From an uncultured Phycisphaerales bacterium (lineage in GTDB: Bacteria; Planctomycetota; Phycisphaerae; Tepidisphaerales; Tepidisphaeraceae): a DNA stretch of 64,000 bases. The stretch spans positions 128,001 through 192,000 of the forward strand of contig CAVWVQ010000002.1 in the NCBI GenBank assembly GCA_963758525.1. The letters are read 5' to 3'. The first letter of the stretch is position 1. Every line of letters begins with the position of its first letter. Of this stretch, positions 9,922-21,614 are shown piece by piece. Under the pieces are notes generated by a model. The model ran no database searches, was not told the DNA's origin, and worked only from the letters and a program-made list of their open reading frames with translations. Made by a program: the position numbers and the translations under genes.

Positions 9922-10623
9922 TCATTCGAAATCGGAAATGTGAGCCCGCGTGACCCGGGCGCGCCCGTCCGCTTGCCATAGGCGTCCGCTGACCGCATCG
10001 AGGCAGGTGAGCATTCCCCCACCGCAGGCGTGCGTATCCAGGCAAACAGCAAATCCTTTATTCGCGGGCTTCCCCGACTTCTGCGGAGTATGGCCGCACA
10101 CAATCACTTTCCCCGATTCGTGCGGCGAAATATTCTCAAACCGTTCCCACCTCAACATATAGTCCGGCTGCTCCGCCATCGGGACATCAGCGTAGGCGCT
10201 GGCATGGACGAAAATATGCGTGTCGATCTCCAGGTAGTCGACCAGCCCGTTCGAGAGAAATATCCAGTGCTCCTCCGGCACATCGCGCGACGTTGCCCGA
10301 ACCCCACCGTACGATTGCAGCGTCGCATCCCCGCCGTTGAGGAGCCAATCTGAACGGGCGTCATGGGACTCGCGCGCCGCCAGCATCATTTGCTCGTGGT
10401 TCCCCATGATCGCGGTCACGCGGCGCAACTGCGCGGTCTTGAGAACCAGTTGGAGAACGCCCGCAGAGTCTGGACCACGATCGACAAGATCGCCAAGGAG
10501 TACGAGATGGTCGTCGGCCGCTGGCGCCGTCGCTTGCAGCAATGCTTCAAATTGCGCGAGGCAGCCGTGGATATCACCGATGACCAGCGTCCGAGAATTC
10601 AACGATTTCCTCCGAAGCGCCAC
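9922..10623 (-). CDS. PPP-family metallophosphoesterase (PrpA/ApaH-like Ser/Thr phosphatase)
   Basis: GDIHG, GDLVDRG, GNHE, CGHTP and LDT motifs. Confidence 0.9.
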   Translation of the reverse strand: MALRRKSLNSRTLVIGDIHGCLAQFEALLQATAPAADDHLVLLGDLVDRGPDSAGVLQLVLKTAQLRRVTAIMGNHEQMMLAARESHDARSDWLLNGGDATLQSYGGVRATSRDVPEEHWIFLSNGLVDYLEIDTHIFVHASAYADVPMAEQPDYMLRWERFENISPHESGKVIVCGHTPQKSGKPANKGFAVCLDTHACGGGMLTCLDAVSGRLWQADGRARVTRAHISDFE

Positions 10624-10633
10624 CGGATCATGT

Positions 10634-12005
10634 TTAAATCAGCGGCGAAAAGAGCCGCGCGGCGGTCTCGATCACGCGCCGGATCCGCCCCGCCACCGGC
10701 GGTCCGTCCGCGGCATCCTTCACGGTGTCGCCAAACCATTGCGCCAATCGACGGATTTCAGCTTCCCCGGTGAGGAAGAGCGATACTTCGTAGTCGAGGA
10801 AGAGGCTGCGCATGTCAAAATTCGCGGACCCGACGGCGGCGACCGAGTCGTCGCTGAGCACGGCCTTGGCGTGCATCATGCGCGGGACGCGCCGCACTCT
10901 CACCCCCGCGTCGGCAAGATCTCGCAAATACGGGCCGCCCACCAGATCGGCGACGGGGTGGTTCGACCGGTTCGGCACGATCACCATCACGTCCACGCCC
11001 CGGCGGGCCGCCACGCTCAGCGCCCGGGCCAGCGGCTCGTCGGGAACGAAGTACGGCGTCGCCACCCAGAACCGCCGCTCGGCGCGGAAAATCAGCGTGA
11101 GCATCGCGTCGTAAATCGGATCGCTCGCGGAGTCTGGGCCGCTGGGAACGACGCAAATGGGGACGGGGCCGCCGGCGCTGGCGGTCTGCGGCGATGGAAG
11201 CACTTCCCTGCAGGCAAACTCCCAATCCGCGCGGAAGATGGCGTCCAGCGTCGCCGCGCCCTGGCCGCTGATGAGCACCGAAAGATCGCGCCAGCGATCG
11301 GGGTTCGGGCGCGGGCCCATATATTCGTCGGCATAGTTCATCCCGCCGGTGATCGCGCGTTGGCCGTCGAAGACGGCGATCTTTCGGTGATTCCGGAGGT
11401 TGGCCTGGCCGCGGAAGGGAATATGCACGAGCGGCATGAAGCTCTCGATCCGGCCCCCCGCCGCTTTGAGCCGGGCCAGCGCGTTCCGCGGCGCTTCGAA
11501 GCGAAGCAGATCGTCAAGCAGAAGGCGGACTTCAACGCCCTCGCGCTCGTCGCGTCAGCGCCTCGACAATGGATATTCCCGTCGGATCGTTGCGCATGAC
11601 GTAGGTGACGATCCGGATGGAGTGCTTCGCATTGAGAATTTCGTTGAGGACCGCGTCATAGGCGCGAACACCGTCATCTAGCCATTCGATCTTGTCGGCG
11701 CATTCCAGCTGGCCAAGACCGTGCGCCCCAGCGAGGCCGGGAACGTTGGAAAGTTCCGCCGGCGCCGTTCCGCGTCGCACCGGGAGGTGAGACTTGGTAT
11801 TGGCCTGATGCTTGAACTTGCGGCCGCCAAACATGAGGTAGCTGGGAATTCCCAGATACGGGATGAGGATGATCGCCAGGAGCCACGCAAAGGCGCTTCC
11901 CGTCGGCCGGCGTTGCCGGAGCACCGACGCGGCAAACCAGAAGACCAGCAAATCGACACCCACTGTGAGTACGTGGTGTTCGACCGCCCAGCGAAAGAAG
12001 GCCAT
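10634..12005 (-). CDS. cls: cardiolipin synthase (PLD family); two frameshifts near 11545 and 11455
   Basis: PLDc_N region (AFAWLLAIILIPYLG) plus two HKD motifs (NHRKIAVFD, HAKAVLSD) spread over three frames. Confidence 0.85.
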
Positions 12006-12070
12006 GGCGGAAGTAGAATGGAAGCCGGCTTTAGGGTAAAGGTCCGCAAAGGCACAACGTGAAGTGAGTC

Positions 12071-13576
12071 TCAAAACGAAGTCGTGGTTGGCCGCAGCAG
12101 TATCGTCGGCGGCTCCTGATAGTTGCCGATGCGCTGCCCGATGAGCGCTGATTGCCGCGGGATGAGATACGTGATGAAGGCGGCCAGCAGCAGCCAGTTG
12201 AAGATCATCGCGGCCCAGACGCTGGCTCTGGCGAGGCGGCGCCAACCGGGGGAGAGATTCATCATCCAGTCAAATCCAAACGCGAGGCCGATGATGAAAA
12301 TGCCGCTGAAATCGATGAACGCCCGTGCGCCGAAGGCCTTGCCAAACCACCAGGCATACCACGAACTGTTGATGTACCACAGCGCGGCAAACGTCAGCGG
12401 GAGCGCGATGAGAAACCCATCACGAGACGCACCTTGTCGCGCGATTCGGTGAGCATAACCCCACACGCCAAGCAGAAGCACCGGCGACCAGAAGAACAGC
12501 CCGTGGTTGCTGGACAACATCGTCTGCCACAGCGCCGGATGCGCCCAATGGAATACCTCGCTGGCGCGATACCCGCCCATGCCTCCCCCGACGATGGCGT
12601 TGCGCGGGGCGAGGATGTGCCAGGTGATCAGTTGCAGCACGATCGGGAACGCCGCGAGTATCATGAGCGGCACGTATTTCAGAGCTTTGGTGAACAACCC
12701 GGCGCGAAGCGTCACAATCAGCGGCCAGGCGATCACGATCAATGTCACAACGTTGGTCGTTCGGCAGATGATCGACATCGAAAACGTGAAAACGATCGCG
12801 GGCCAGTGCCACCAGACAACACGCCCCTCGGCAGCCGAGCGGCTGATCCGATCCGCCAATAGAATCGTGAACATCACCCACGCCGCGGCAATCGCGTGAG
12901 CCATGAACGGCTCGCGGAAGAGGTAATACGCCCAACTGCTGCCCAGCGCGTAGACCACGGCGCCCGCCGCGATCGCGCGGCCGGGGACGTGGAAGCGTCG
13001 GGTCAGCACGTCGTCGGCGGCCGCCAGCATGCACCAGCCGAGCAGCATCACCATCCCCACGCAGAGGAACTGGTAGAGCAGGGAATATCCGTTGGGCGCA
13101 ATCAGGGACGAAGTGGTGAAATGATGAAACGCCAGAGACAACGCGTGACCTGCCAGGAATGCGGGCGCGAGCGTCATTGCCACTCCGGTCGGCCAATGAT
13201 CGCACATGCCCAGCGGGGTCTGCGGAAATTCGTAAGAATCGATCGGATGCACCCCCGAATGCCAGAGAATCTGCCGCCGAAAATCGAGGTTTCCGTCGAG
13301 CACGAGCGAAGGCATGTACACCCAGTACCCCTCCGCGTCGGTCACCACGAAGTCTAGCGGTTCGTGCGACTTGTGCGACTTAACCGCCTGGAACGTCCAT
13401 GCGAGGACGAAGAGCCCCGCAACGATCAGGGCGTAGAGACGGCGGCGGCCGCCGGCGCTGGACAGATCGAATGGGCCCGAGGCTGCGGACGAGCGGCGGC
13501 GCTCGCCGGTTGGGTTGAGCGACCAACGAGACTCTGCCAGTTCAGCATCGATGGACTGTGCGGCGGAAGAGTTCAT
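12071..13576 (-). CDS. polytopic membrane protein, probable GT-C glycosyltransferase
   Basis: DAEGYWVY-x-PSLVLDGNLDF after the first TM; HGLFFWSP and WWFG-x-AFGARAF motifs; ~10 TMs. Confidence 0.6.
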   Translation of the reverse strand: MNSSAAQSIDAELAESRWSLNPTGERRRSSAASGPFDLSSAGGRRRLYALIVAGLFVLAWTFQAVKSHKSHEPLDFVVTDAEGYWVYMPSLVLDGNLDFRRQILWHSGVHPIDSYEFPQTPLGMCDHWPTGVAMTLAPAFLAGHALSLAFHHFTTSSLIAPNGYSLLYQFLCVGMVMLLGWCMLAAADDVLTRRFHVPGRAIAAGAVVYALGSSWAYYLFREPFMAHAIAAAWVMFTILLADRISRSAAEGRVVWWHWPAIVFTFSMSIICRTTNVVTLIVIAWPLIVTLRAGLFTKALKYVPLMILAAFPIVLQLITWHILAPRNAIVGGGMGGYRASEVFHWAHPALWQTMLSSNHGLFFWSPVLLLGVWGYAHRIARQGASRDGFLIALPLTFAALWYINSSWYAWWFGKAFGARAFIDFSGIFIIGLAFGFDWMMNLSPGWRRLARASVWAAMIFNWLLLAAFITYLIPRQSALIGQRIGNYQEPPTILLRPTTTSF

Positions 13577-13691
13577 GTACTACAGAAGATCGGCGGCGCA
13601 ATCCCCGGCATTGCTATGGAAATACGCGACGTGCGCCAATGAGCTTTCAGTCAGTATCGCGTGGAGTTACGGGACGCTGCGCGATCGCGCG

Positions 13692-14298
13692 TCAATTCTC
13701 CTCCGGCGCGGAGGGCCGCGGAACCGGGGCCGGGGGCGTCAGCGGAGCCGAGCGGGGCTCGGGGACGCTCGTCCACTTGCGCCGTTTTCGCAGCGCTTCG
13801 GCAAACAGTTGAACGACCAGGGCCAACACGCAGCCGATGACAACCGAGCCGAGTCGTTGCGTGCCTGAGGTGACGACGGCATTGGGGTGGCTGAGCATGA
13901 TAATGATCAGCGACACGCAAGCTGTTCGCAGGCCCAGATCGAGCCGCAATCGCTCGCAGACAAGAACCACGATGACCAGCGCGACAAGCATCTGCCAGAC
14001 TCCATCGCCAAAAAAGCGGGCCATCAGAATCCCGACCAGGCCGGCAACGGTATTTGCCAGCACCCGCACGACAGTGGCGGCGATCGACTGCTCGAAGGCG
14101 GGCTGAATGACCAGCACCGCCGACACCAGCGCCCACATCACCGATTGAGCTTGAAAGTAGCGATATCCCATGAGCAGAAGGCCGACCGTCACCACCACCT
14201 GCGCAGTACATGGCCGCGGTGCGAAGACTGTCGCGCGTCGGTCGCGGCTCCGAGCGGATGAGCCGGAGAATGGCCTGGCGTTCGTGAGGTTCGAGCAT
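13692..14298 (-). CDS. FUSC-like / aromatic-acid-exporter-family membrane protein; frameshift near 14203
   Basis: WALVSAVLVIQP...RVLANTVAG...RLGSVVIGC pattern; N-terminus in an adjacent frame. Confidence 0.7.
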
Positions 14299-14431
14299 GG
14301 AGACGGGAGGTTACCCGGAGAAGCGAAAACAAGGCAGAGGCATCCTGGATCACCGTGGCGAAGCTTTGCTCTTCGCGAATTTCGATGATATTTTCCCCCA
14401 TGATCATGCTGTCATTCTTCCGGGAGCGATC

Positions 14432-16288
14432 ATGAAGCTGTGGATTGCAGGACTCGTCGTGCTGTTTGCAAGCGTCTGTCCAGGCGCGCCGGCAACTCGG
14501 CCGGCATCTCATTCAAGCGGGGCGACGCTGCCGGCGCCGGGCGACTTGATCCGTCAGATGCGAGCCGCCGAGGCGAAGAAGGCGGCGCTGACGAAGGTGG
14601 CGTTCTTCGATCTTGATCTGCCGGTGGTGGAGAAGCCGTCTGATTTTTCCCTCTTCGGCTCGGACGCGACGATGACGCTGCGCAATTTCATCGACCGCCT
14701 TCACCACGCGCGCGATGACAAGCAGATTCACGCCGTTCTGATCACCCTGGGAGATCACGGGCTGAATATGGCGCAGGCACAGGAAGTGCGGCAGGCGCTG
14801 ACGGAAATCCGCCGCGCGGGCAAACGGACGTTTGTCTATGCCGATTCATACGACACGCCGGGGTACATCGTCGCCAGCAGCGCCACGGATGTCTGCCTGC
14901 TGCAAGGCGGCGACATCATGATTCCCGGCGTCGGGCTCGAGGCAACGTTTTACAAGGGATTGTTCGACAAGCTGGGCGTGCAGGCCGACTACGTGCAAAT
15001 CGGTGAATACAAAGGCGCCGACGAGGAGTACACGCGCACCGGCGCCAGCGACGAACTCAAGGGTGAGTTCAACAAGCTCACGGAGTCGCTCTACGATCAG
15101 TTGATCGACGGCATCAGCCTCGAGCGCAATCTGCCGCGACAGACGGTGGCGCAACTGGTGGACGACTCGATCATCCCCGCCGTCACGGCGAAAGATCGCG
15201 GGCTGGTCGATCATCTGACCGATCAGGACAGCCTTCGTTCTCTCCTGGCGAAGGAACTCGGCAACGACGTCGATCTGGTGCACGACTATGGGGCTGCCGC
15301 CCGGCAGAACATCGATCTCTCCAGCCCCCTGGCACTGTTCCAACTGTTCAAGCAACCCGTGCAGGAAACGGATAAGCCACAGATCGCACTCATCTACGCA
15401 GATGGGGTCATCGCCGACGGCGAGGGAGATTCCGGGCTGTTCAGCGAGGCTGGAATCGCATCTGAGCCGATGCGCCGGGCGTTTCGCACTGCGCTGCGCG
15501 ACGACAACATCAAAGCCGTGGTGCTTCGGATAGACTCGCCGGGCGGTAGCGCGCTAGCCAGCGAGGTGATATGGCAGGCCGCGCGGCATCTTTCCGGGAA
15601 GAAGCCGCTGATCATCAGCGTCGGTTCGATGGCCGCCAGCGGCGGATACTATCTGGCCAGCGCCGGCGATTACATCTTTGCGGACCCGGCCGCGATCGTG
15701 GGATCGATCGGTGTCGTGGGAGGCAAGTTCGTCATTCACGATTTGTACGACAAGCTGGGCTTGAAGACCGAAGCCTTCACGCGCGGCGCCAACGCCGGGC
15801 TCTTCAGCTCAAGCCAGCCGTTTACCGATCGGCAGCGCAGAATGGTCACGAACTGGATGCGCGGCACCTACGATCAGTTCACCCAGCGCGTCATGACCAC
15901 CCGCACCGGCAAGATCAAGGACATCGATCAGGTTGCCCGGGGCAGAATCTTCACCGCCAGGCAGGCACAGGATCTGGGCATGGTCGACGAAATCGGCGGC
16001 ATAGAAGACGCCATCGCGTACACGGCAAAGAAGGTTCAGTTGGAGGCCGGGGCCTACGACGTGCGCATCCTGCCAGCGCCCCGCACATTGGCCGATCTCT
16101 TTGGAATGGGCGCCGGACCTGACGCCGCGTACCCCTTTCAGCCGAAACTCCAAGTCAGCGCCGATTCGATCTTGAACGTACTGCCGCCTGCTGCCCGGGA
16201 GATCCTGGTGCGTCAACTGCAGACATTCCGGCTGATCGAGGCGCATCCGGTGGTGCTGGTATCACCGTATGTCGTGACGTGGAAATGA
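14432..16288 (+). CDS. sppA: signal peptide peptidase SppA (67K type, S49)
   Basis: Two S49 domains, LRIDSPGGSALASE, AASGGYY and GSIGV motifs; GGGAG RBS before 14432. Confidence 0.9.
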   Translation: MKLWIAGLVVLFASVCPGAPATRPASHSSGATLPAPGDLIRQMRAAEAKKAALTKVAFFDLDLPVVEKPSDFSLFGSDATMTLRNFIDRLHHARDDKQIHAVLITLGDHGLNMAQAQEVRQALTEIRRAGKRTFVYADSYDTPGYIVASSATDVCLLQGGDIMIPGVGLEATFYKGLFDKLGVQADYVQIGEYKGADEEYTRTGASDELKGEFNKLTESLYDQLIDGISLERNLPRQTVAQLVDDSIIPAVTAKDRGLVDHLTDQDSLRSLLAKELGNDVDLVHDYGAAARQNIDLSSPLALFQLFKQPVQETDKPQIALIYADGVIADGEGDSGLFSEAGIASEPMRRAFRTALRDDNIKAVVLRIDSPGGSALASEVIWQAARHLSGKKPLIISVGSMAASGGYYLASAGDYIFADPAAIVGSIGVVGGKFVIHDLYDKLGLKTEAFTRGANAGLFSSSQPFTDRQRRMVTNWMRGTYDQFTQRVMTTRTGKIKDIDQVARGRIFTARQAQDLGMVDEIGGIEDAIAYTAKKVQLEAGAYDVRILPAPRTLADLFGMGAGPDAAYPFQPKLQVSADSILNVLPPAAREILVRQLQTFRLIEAHPVVLVSPYVVTWK

Positions 16289-16355
16289 TTTGGAATTTGA
16301 AACGTGAGTGGATTTGAAATTTGAGATCTGAGATTTCGAGATTTAAAATCTCCGA
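16289..16355. repeat. degenerate AT-rich heptamer repeat (ATTTGAR-like)
   Basis: gatttgaaatttgagatctgagatttcgagatttaaaatc shows 7-bp periodicity. Confidence 0.6.
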
Positions 16356-16379
16356 TCCTCCCCCTTCTTGGATTCCTCC

Positions 16380-16910
16380 ATGTTCGGTCTGAGCAAGGGC
16401 GATCAGCCGGTGGATGTGCAGGTCAGCAAACGCCTGTGCACCGACAAATTCAACGGCAAATACCCGCACGTCGGCCTCTACGACTGCCGGGCGCGCAAGG
16501 TCTGGATCAGCAAACCCTTGGGCGGGCAGGCGATTCGCACGTCGCACGCCCGGCTCATCACCGGCTCCGACAACGCCACCTCCACCGCCTGGAAAGATCG
16601 GTTCATCTGTTTCTGGTTCTACACCCCCCAGACTGGAGAAGGATACATCCACGGCTATCCAATCGACTGGGAAGAGGCGCATCTGCTCGTCCGCATCGAT
16701 CCCAACTGGGATTACGACCGCCAGCAGCCCGTCCCGCCTCACCTGGAAGACCACGTGAATGCCAACCTCGAACGACAGTTCAGACACGGCGACAAAATCG
16801 TCGAGTTCTTCCGTCTCTCCCGCCTGAAATATCCATTCAGCCTGCATTTTGTCGGGCAGCGGGCCGCCGACTCCCTGTTTTACGTGAAGCGGATCGAGCC
16901 GACGGCTTAA
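16380..16910 (+). CDS. hypothetical protein
   Basis: 176-aa ORF with genome-typical codon usage and globular, aromatic-rich composition; family not recognised. Confidence 0.7.
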   Translation: MFGLSKGDQPVDVQVSKRLCTDKFNGKYPHVGLYDCRARKVWISKPLGGQAIRTSHARLITGSDNATSTAWKDRFICFWFYTPQTGEGYIHGYPIDWEEAHLLVRIDPNWDYDRQQPVPPHLEDHVNANLERQFRHGDKIVEFFRLSRLKYPFSLHFVGQRAADSLFYVKRIEPTA

Positions 16911-17075
16911 GGGAGTCCTCCCTTCGCCCAAGCTGGCTTTTCGCGAATCCGCCAGTATCTGGCCACCCCCCTGTGGCGACTCCCCTTGAATGGACCACAC
17001 CTTTGGGCTAGAAAAACGTCCAACCAAAACCGACTGGCGACCGACTGCACCACTCTAAATGCGAACAGGTGTCTT

Positions 17076-19646
17076 ATGGCTGATGGAACGACCCCCACGA
17101 TCCGAACGTTTCAGGTTTTTCCTGATGTGCCGGCGCCGCTGCAGCCGCTCATTGAGCTGGCGCACAATCTCTGGTGGGTCTGGCAGCCCGACGCCGTCGA
17201 GCTGTTCCGCCGGCTGGATCGCAAGCTCTGGGAAGACGTCTACCACAACCCGCTCAAGCTGCTGGGCGTCATCACGCAATCGAAGCTCGCAACGGCGGCG
17301 GATGATGACGGGTTCCTCGCGCACATGAACCGCGTCTACTCGGCCTTCAAGGAATATCTCGCCCAGCCCGGCTGGTATCACGATGCTCATGGTGACAAGC
17401 CGAAGCTGCTGGTCGCCTATTTTTCCGCGGAGTTCGGGCTGCACGAATCATTGCCGATTTACTCGGGGGGCCTGGGAATTCTTGCCGGCGATCATCTGAA
17501 GTCGGCCAGCGAGCTGGCGATGCCGCTGGTCGGCGTCGGGCTCCTCTATCGCAACGGATATTTCCAGCAATATCTGACTGCCGACGGCTGGCAGCAGGAA
17601 GCGTATCCGGAACTCGATTTCTACAACCTCGCGATCGAGCCGATGAAATACGCCGACGGCTCGCCTGTTCACATCCGCGTCGATTTCCCCGAGAACGCGG
17701 TCTTCTGCAAAGTGTGGCGCGCGCAGGTGGGGCGAATTCCCCTGTATCTGCTGGACACCAATCTGCAGGAGAACTCCCCCGCCGATCGCGAGATCACCAG
17801 CAAGCTGTACGGCGGCGGCACCGAAACCCGCATCAAGCAGGAAATCGTCCTGGGCATCGGCGGAGTCCGGGCTCTGGCCGCGATGAACATCACCCCCACC
17901 GTCTTCCACATGAACGAAGGCCACTCCGCCTTCCTCGCCCTGGAGCGCATTCGAACGCTTCTCGATGGAAAGTCGCTCTCGTTTGACGAGGTTCGTCAGG
18001 AGGTGATGGCGACCAACGTCTTCACGACCCACACCCCGGTGCCTGCCGGCATCGATACGTTCTCCCCCGACCTGGTTCTCAAGTACTTCCGCTCGTTCAT
18101 CCCGTTGCTCAAACTCGACGACGAGGGTTTCCTGGCGCTGGGCCGCGAGGACGTCTCCAACAAGAAGCAGGGCTTCTCGATGGCGCTGCTCGCCATTCGC
18201 CTCGCCGACCATATGAACGGCGTCAGCCAGCTTCACGGCGATGTCTCGCGCAAGATGTGGCACAACATCTGGCCGTCTGTTCCCGCCGACGAAGTGCCGA
18301 TCCGCCACATCACCAACGGCATTCACACCCGCACCTGGCTCTCGCAGGACCTGGCGTACATCCTCGACCGCTATCTCAGCAGCGAGTGGATGACCAACCC
18401 CTCAGACAACACCGTCTGGGAAGGCATCACGCAGATTCCCGACGAAGAACTCTGGCGCGCCCACGAACGCTCGCGTGCCCGCCTGGTCAGTTGGGCACGG
18501 CAAACCCTCCGCGACCAGCTCGTGCGCCGCGGCGCATCCTACGACGATGTCGCGTCGGCAGATCAGGTGCTCGATCCCGAGGCGCTGACCATCGGCTTTG
18601 CCCGTCGCTTTGCCACGTATAAGCGCGGCACGCTGCTCTTCCGCGACATGGACCGGCTGCGCAAACTCATCGAAGACTCGCGCCGCCCGATTCAGTTCCT
18701 CTTTGCCGGCAAGGCCCACCCCGCCGATCACGAAGGCAAAGACCTCATCAAGCAGATCGTCAATTTTGCCCGCGACCCGGCCGTGCGCCGCAAGATCGTC
18801 TTCATCGAGAACTACGACATGAATGTCGCCCGCTATCTCGTGCAGGGCGTCGACGTCTGGCTCAACACCCCGCGCCGCCCGTACGAAGCCTCCGGCACCA
18901 GCGGCATGAAAGCGGCCGCCAATGGCGTGCTCAATTGCTCCGTTCTCGACGGCTGGTGGGTCGAGGGCTACGAGCCCGACCTCGGCTGGGCGATCGGGCG
19001 CGGCGAAAGCTACAGCGATCCCAATTACCAGGATCATGTCGAGAGCCTGGCGCTCTACGATCTGCTCGAAAAGGAAATCATCCCCACGTTCTACGCGCGC
19101 GGCGTCGATAACAACCCGCGCGAGTGGATCAGCCGCATGAAGAACTGCATGCGCCGCCTGGCCCCGGTGTTCAACACCAACCGCATGGTGCGCAACTACA
19201 CCGAGAAGTTTTACATTCCCGCCCTCGATCGCGGCGAAGTCCTCGCCGCCGATTCCCTCAAGCGCGCCATCGCGCTGTCTCATACAAAGGACAACCTGCA
19301 TCTCCGCTGGGGCGGGATCAAGATCGTCGGGGTTCACACCAGCGGCAACGGTCATTTCAAAGTCGGCGACAGCATGCAGGTTGAAGCGATGGTCGATCTG
19401 CCAGGCTTGGTTCCCAGCGATCTGCTCGTGCAGCTCTACGCCGGCCCGATCAGCGCCAAGGGGGAAATCGAGCAGCCCCAGACGCTGGTCATGACGCTGG
19501 CTCGCACGCTGGCCGCCGATCGCCACCTGTTTGTCGGAAAGATTGACTGCCGCGTCAGCGGCCGTCAGGGCTTTGCCATCCGAGTGTTGCCAGGGAGCGC
19601 GGATCTGGTGACGCCGTTTGAGCCGGGATTGATCGTCTGGAATTGA
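17076..19646 (+). CDS. glgP: alpha-glucan (glycogen/starch) phosphorylase
   Basis: YFSAEFG...YSGGLGILAGD, GFARRFATYKR and EASGTSGMK (PLP lysine) motifs. Confidence 0.95.
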   Translation: MADGTTPTIRTFQVFPDVPAPLQPLIELAHNLWWVWQPDAVELFRRLDRKLWEDVYHNPLKLLGVITQSKLATAADDDGFLAHMNRVYSAFKEYLAQPGWYHDAHGDKPKLLVAYFSAEFGLHESLPIYSGGLGILAGDHLKSASELAMPLVGVGLLYRNGYFQQYLTADGWQQEAYPELDFYNLAIEPMKYADGSPVHIRVDFPENAVFCKVWRAQVGRIPLYLLDTNLQENSPADREITSKLYGGGTETRIKQEIVLGIGGVRALAAMNITPTVFHMNEGHSAFLALERIRTLLDGKSLSFDEVRQEVMATNVFTTHTPVPAGIDTFSPDLVLKYFRSFIPLLKLDDEGFLALGREDVSNKKQGFSMALLAIRLADHMNGVSQLHGDVSRKMWHNIWPSVPADEVPIRHITNGIHTRTWLSQDLAYILDRYLSSEWMTNPSDNTVWEGITQIPDEELWRAHERSRARLVSWARQTLRDQLVRRGASYDDVASADQVLDPEALTIGFARRFATYKRGTLLFRDMDRLRKLIEDSRRPIQFLFAGKAHPADHEGKDLIKQIVNFARDPAVRRKIVFIENYDMNVARYLVQGVDVWLNTPRRPYEASGTSGMKAAANGVLNCSVLDGWWVEGYEPDLGWAIGRGESYSDPNYQDHVESLALYDLLEKEIIPTFYARGVDNNPREWISRMKNCMRRLAPVFNTNRMVRNYTEKFYIPALDRGEVLAADSLKRAIALSHTKDNLHLRWGGIKIVGVHTSGNGHFKVGDSMQVEAMVDLPGLVPSDLLVQLYAGPISAKGEIEQPQTLVMTLARTLAADRHLFVGKIDCRVSGRQGFAIRVLPGSADLVTPFEPGLIVWN

Positions 19647-19800
19647 TTCGTCAATCTCGACCGGTTACCGTCGGGTAAGGGCTTCGATCAGCCTCGCGTC
19701 AAGTCGTCGGGGAGTCAGCATGCGCCTGGTATCGTACTTCAAAACAGTCGGGGTGACTTTGCGCTGACCGAAGCGATGCCTCGGGTGAGGGAGGTGCCAC

Positions 19801-21449
19801 ATGATTATCGGGAAATGCGGCAACTGCCACCGTCAATGCGGAGCCTTGGAACTGACGCATCGATGGGGCACGCACATCGTCTGCTTCCAGTGTTATGAGA
19901 TCCTGCTGCGGCAGGCTTCTGCCGTTCAACGCGCTACGTTTCCGGAATCCGAGCCAATACCGTATGCGACTCCGGTCGTCGATCACGTTTGCTCATCTTG
20001 CATGGAGCCGCTTTCCGAATCGGACGCCGCTGGCGGGCTGTGCGACAACTGCGCGTTAGCCAGTGCAGTCCAACAGACAACCAGGCGGCGCCGACGGCAC
20101 CGTCGGAAGACGCCTTCATTGCTGTGGGCCTTCATCGGACTCGCCGCAGCAGGCCTGACTTTTTGGTGGACGTATCCGACGATCAAATCGTTACTGCAAC
20201 GCAGTGATGTGGCGCAGCCGGTTGCTCAGACTGACGTAAGGGCGACCGAGGAAATTGTCGAATTCTCCGAGCTGGTTTCAGAGGGTAACCGATTCTTCGC
20301 CAGCGGCGACTACGCACACGCCAAAGAGAAATACGCAACGGCCCGGCAGTTTGTTATTGCGCATCCTCAACCATCGCTTGACGCTCGTGTTCAGCAACTT
20401 GATGAGTCCATTGAAAGGATGAGCCAACGCAAAAAGACGATGCAGGGTGGGGGTATATTTTCTGAATCATCTATTTTCGACGATGGGCAGGCTCTGCCGC
20501 CGGACGGTGAGGGCGACCCAGACCCTCCCAAATCGGCCGAGGAGGCGAAGACAGCGACCGTCGGTTTTGCTCCGCCGCTCCCGGTCGAGCCGCCTGCCGC
20601 GACGTCCGTCGGGCCGGCGGTGTCGATGCCTGCGACTGGCGGGATCAGTCAAAAAGCTCCCGTCCCTGCCGTCTCCCCTCCGGACGCGCTGGAACAGGCG
20701 TGGGAGATCGACCGTAGCGGAGACGCAGCGCGCGCATTATCAGCATTCCGAAAGGTGCTCGCTCTGCGTCCTTCCAGCGCGGACGCGCGCCTGGGGGCTG
20801 GACACTGCCTGTGCAAATTGGGCAACTACAAGGAAGCCGCGCCATATTTGGAAGCGGCGCTGTCGGGCGGACAGCGGCTGGGACGCATGTTCGCGTTCGA
20901 TCTGGCCGCCACTTATTTGCGCCTCGAAATTCCAATGCGATGCGGTCGGGAAAAATTCTCCGGCAGTTTCTTCAGGAGAATCACTCAGACGAGGAGGCGC
21001 AGAACGCGCTCGGCACGGCGTTGAGCCACGCCGGCGAACGATCACGGAAGCTGCAGGCGTTTGCGGATCTCTTGCAGTTTTACCGCGACAATGATGATCA
21101 ACTTGCAGCGCATCGAAAGGACGGTCTGCGTCGCTGGGGAACGCGGTGGGTGGACGAAGCGACCGCAAGGAGGAACTGGCAGGCCGTCACTGGTGCGTAC
21201 GACGCCGTTCAAAGCGCCGAGCGAGCTTACGATCATGCATCCGAGGCCAAGGCAAAGTCGTCGAATCAATTGCACGAAATTCTGACTGACCTGGGTTTGC
21301 ACGGGAGCTTGGAATATCAATCGGCCGCGCGACAATATGAGTCGGCCGTCCGTAACGAAGATGATGCAGTGCATAATCTCGATCGAGCCCGCATGGAACT
21401 GTCGCGAACCGAGCAACCCCCTTTTCCTGAGTCGATCGATGCGCAATGA
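19801..21449 (+). CDS. Cys-rich (Zn-finger) / TM / TPR protein; frameshift near 20935
   Basis: Four CxxC motifs at the N-terminus, TM (LLWAFIGLAAAGLTFWW), Pro-rich linker, TPRs continuing in the 20811-21449 frame. Confidence 0.6.
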
Positions 21450-21614
21450 CGTGCGCCGCCTGTGTACGGGGATGCTCGCGGTTTTCCGAGAGACAGCATA
21501 ATTGCACCAAGCAAGCTGGGCAGCCGGGGCGAGCAAAATCGAAAGCAATGCAACCCCTGCTGGACTTTCGTCTCTCTTGCGCGACAATGCTCCCCACTTT
21601 AGGAAAGGACTTAC

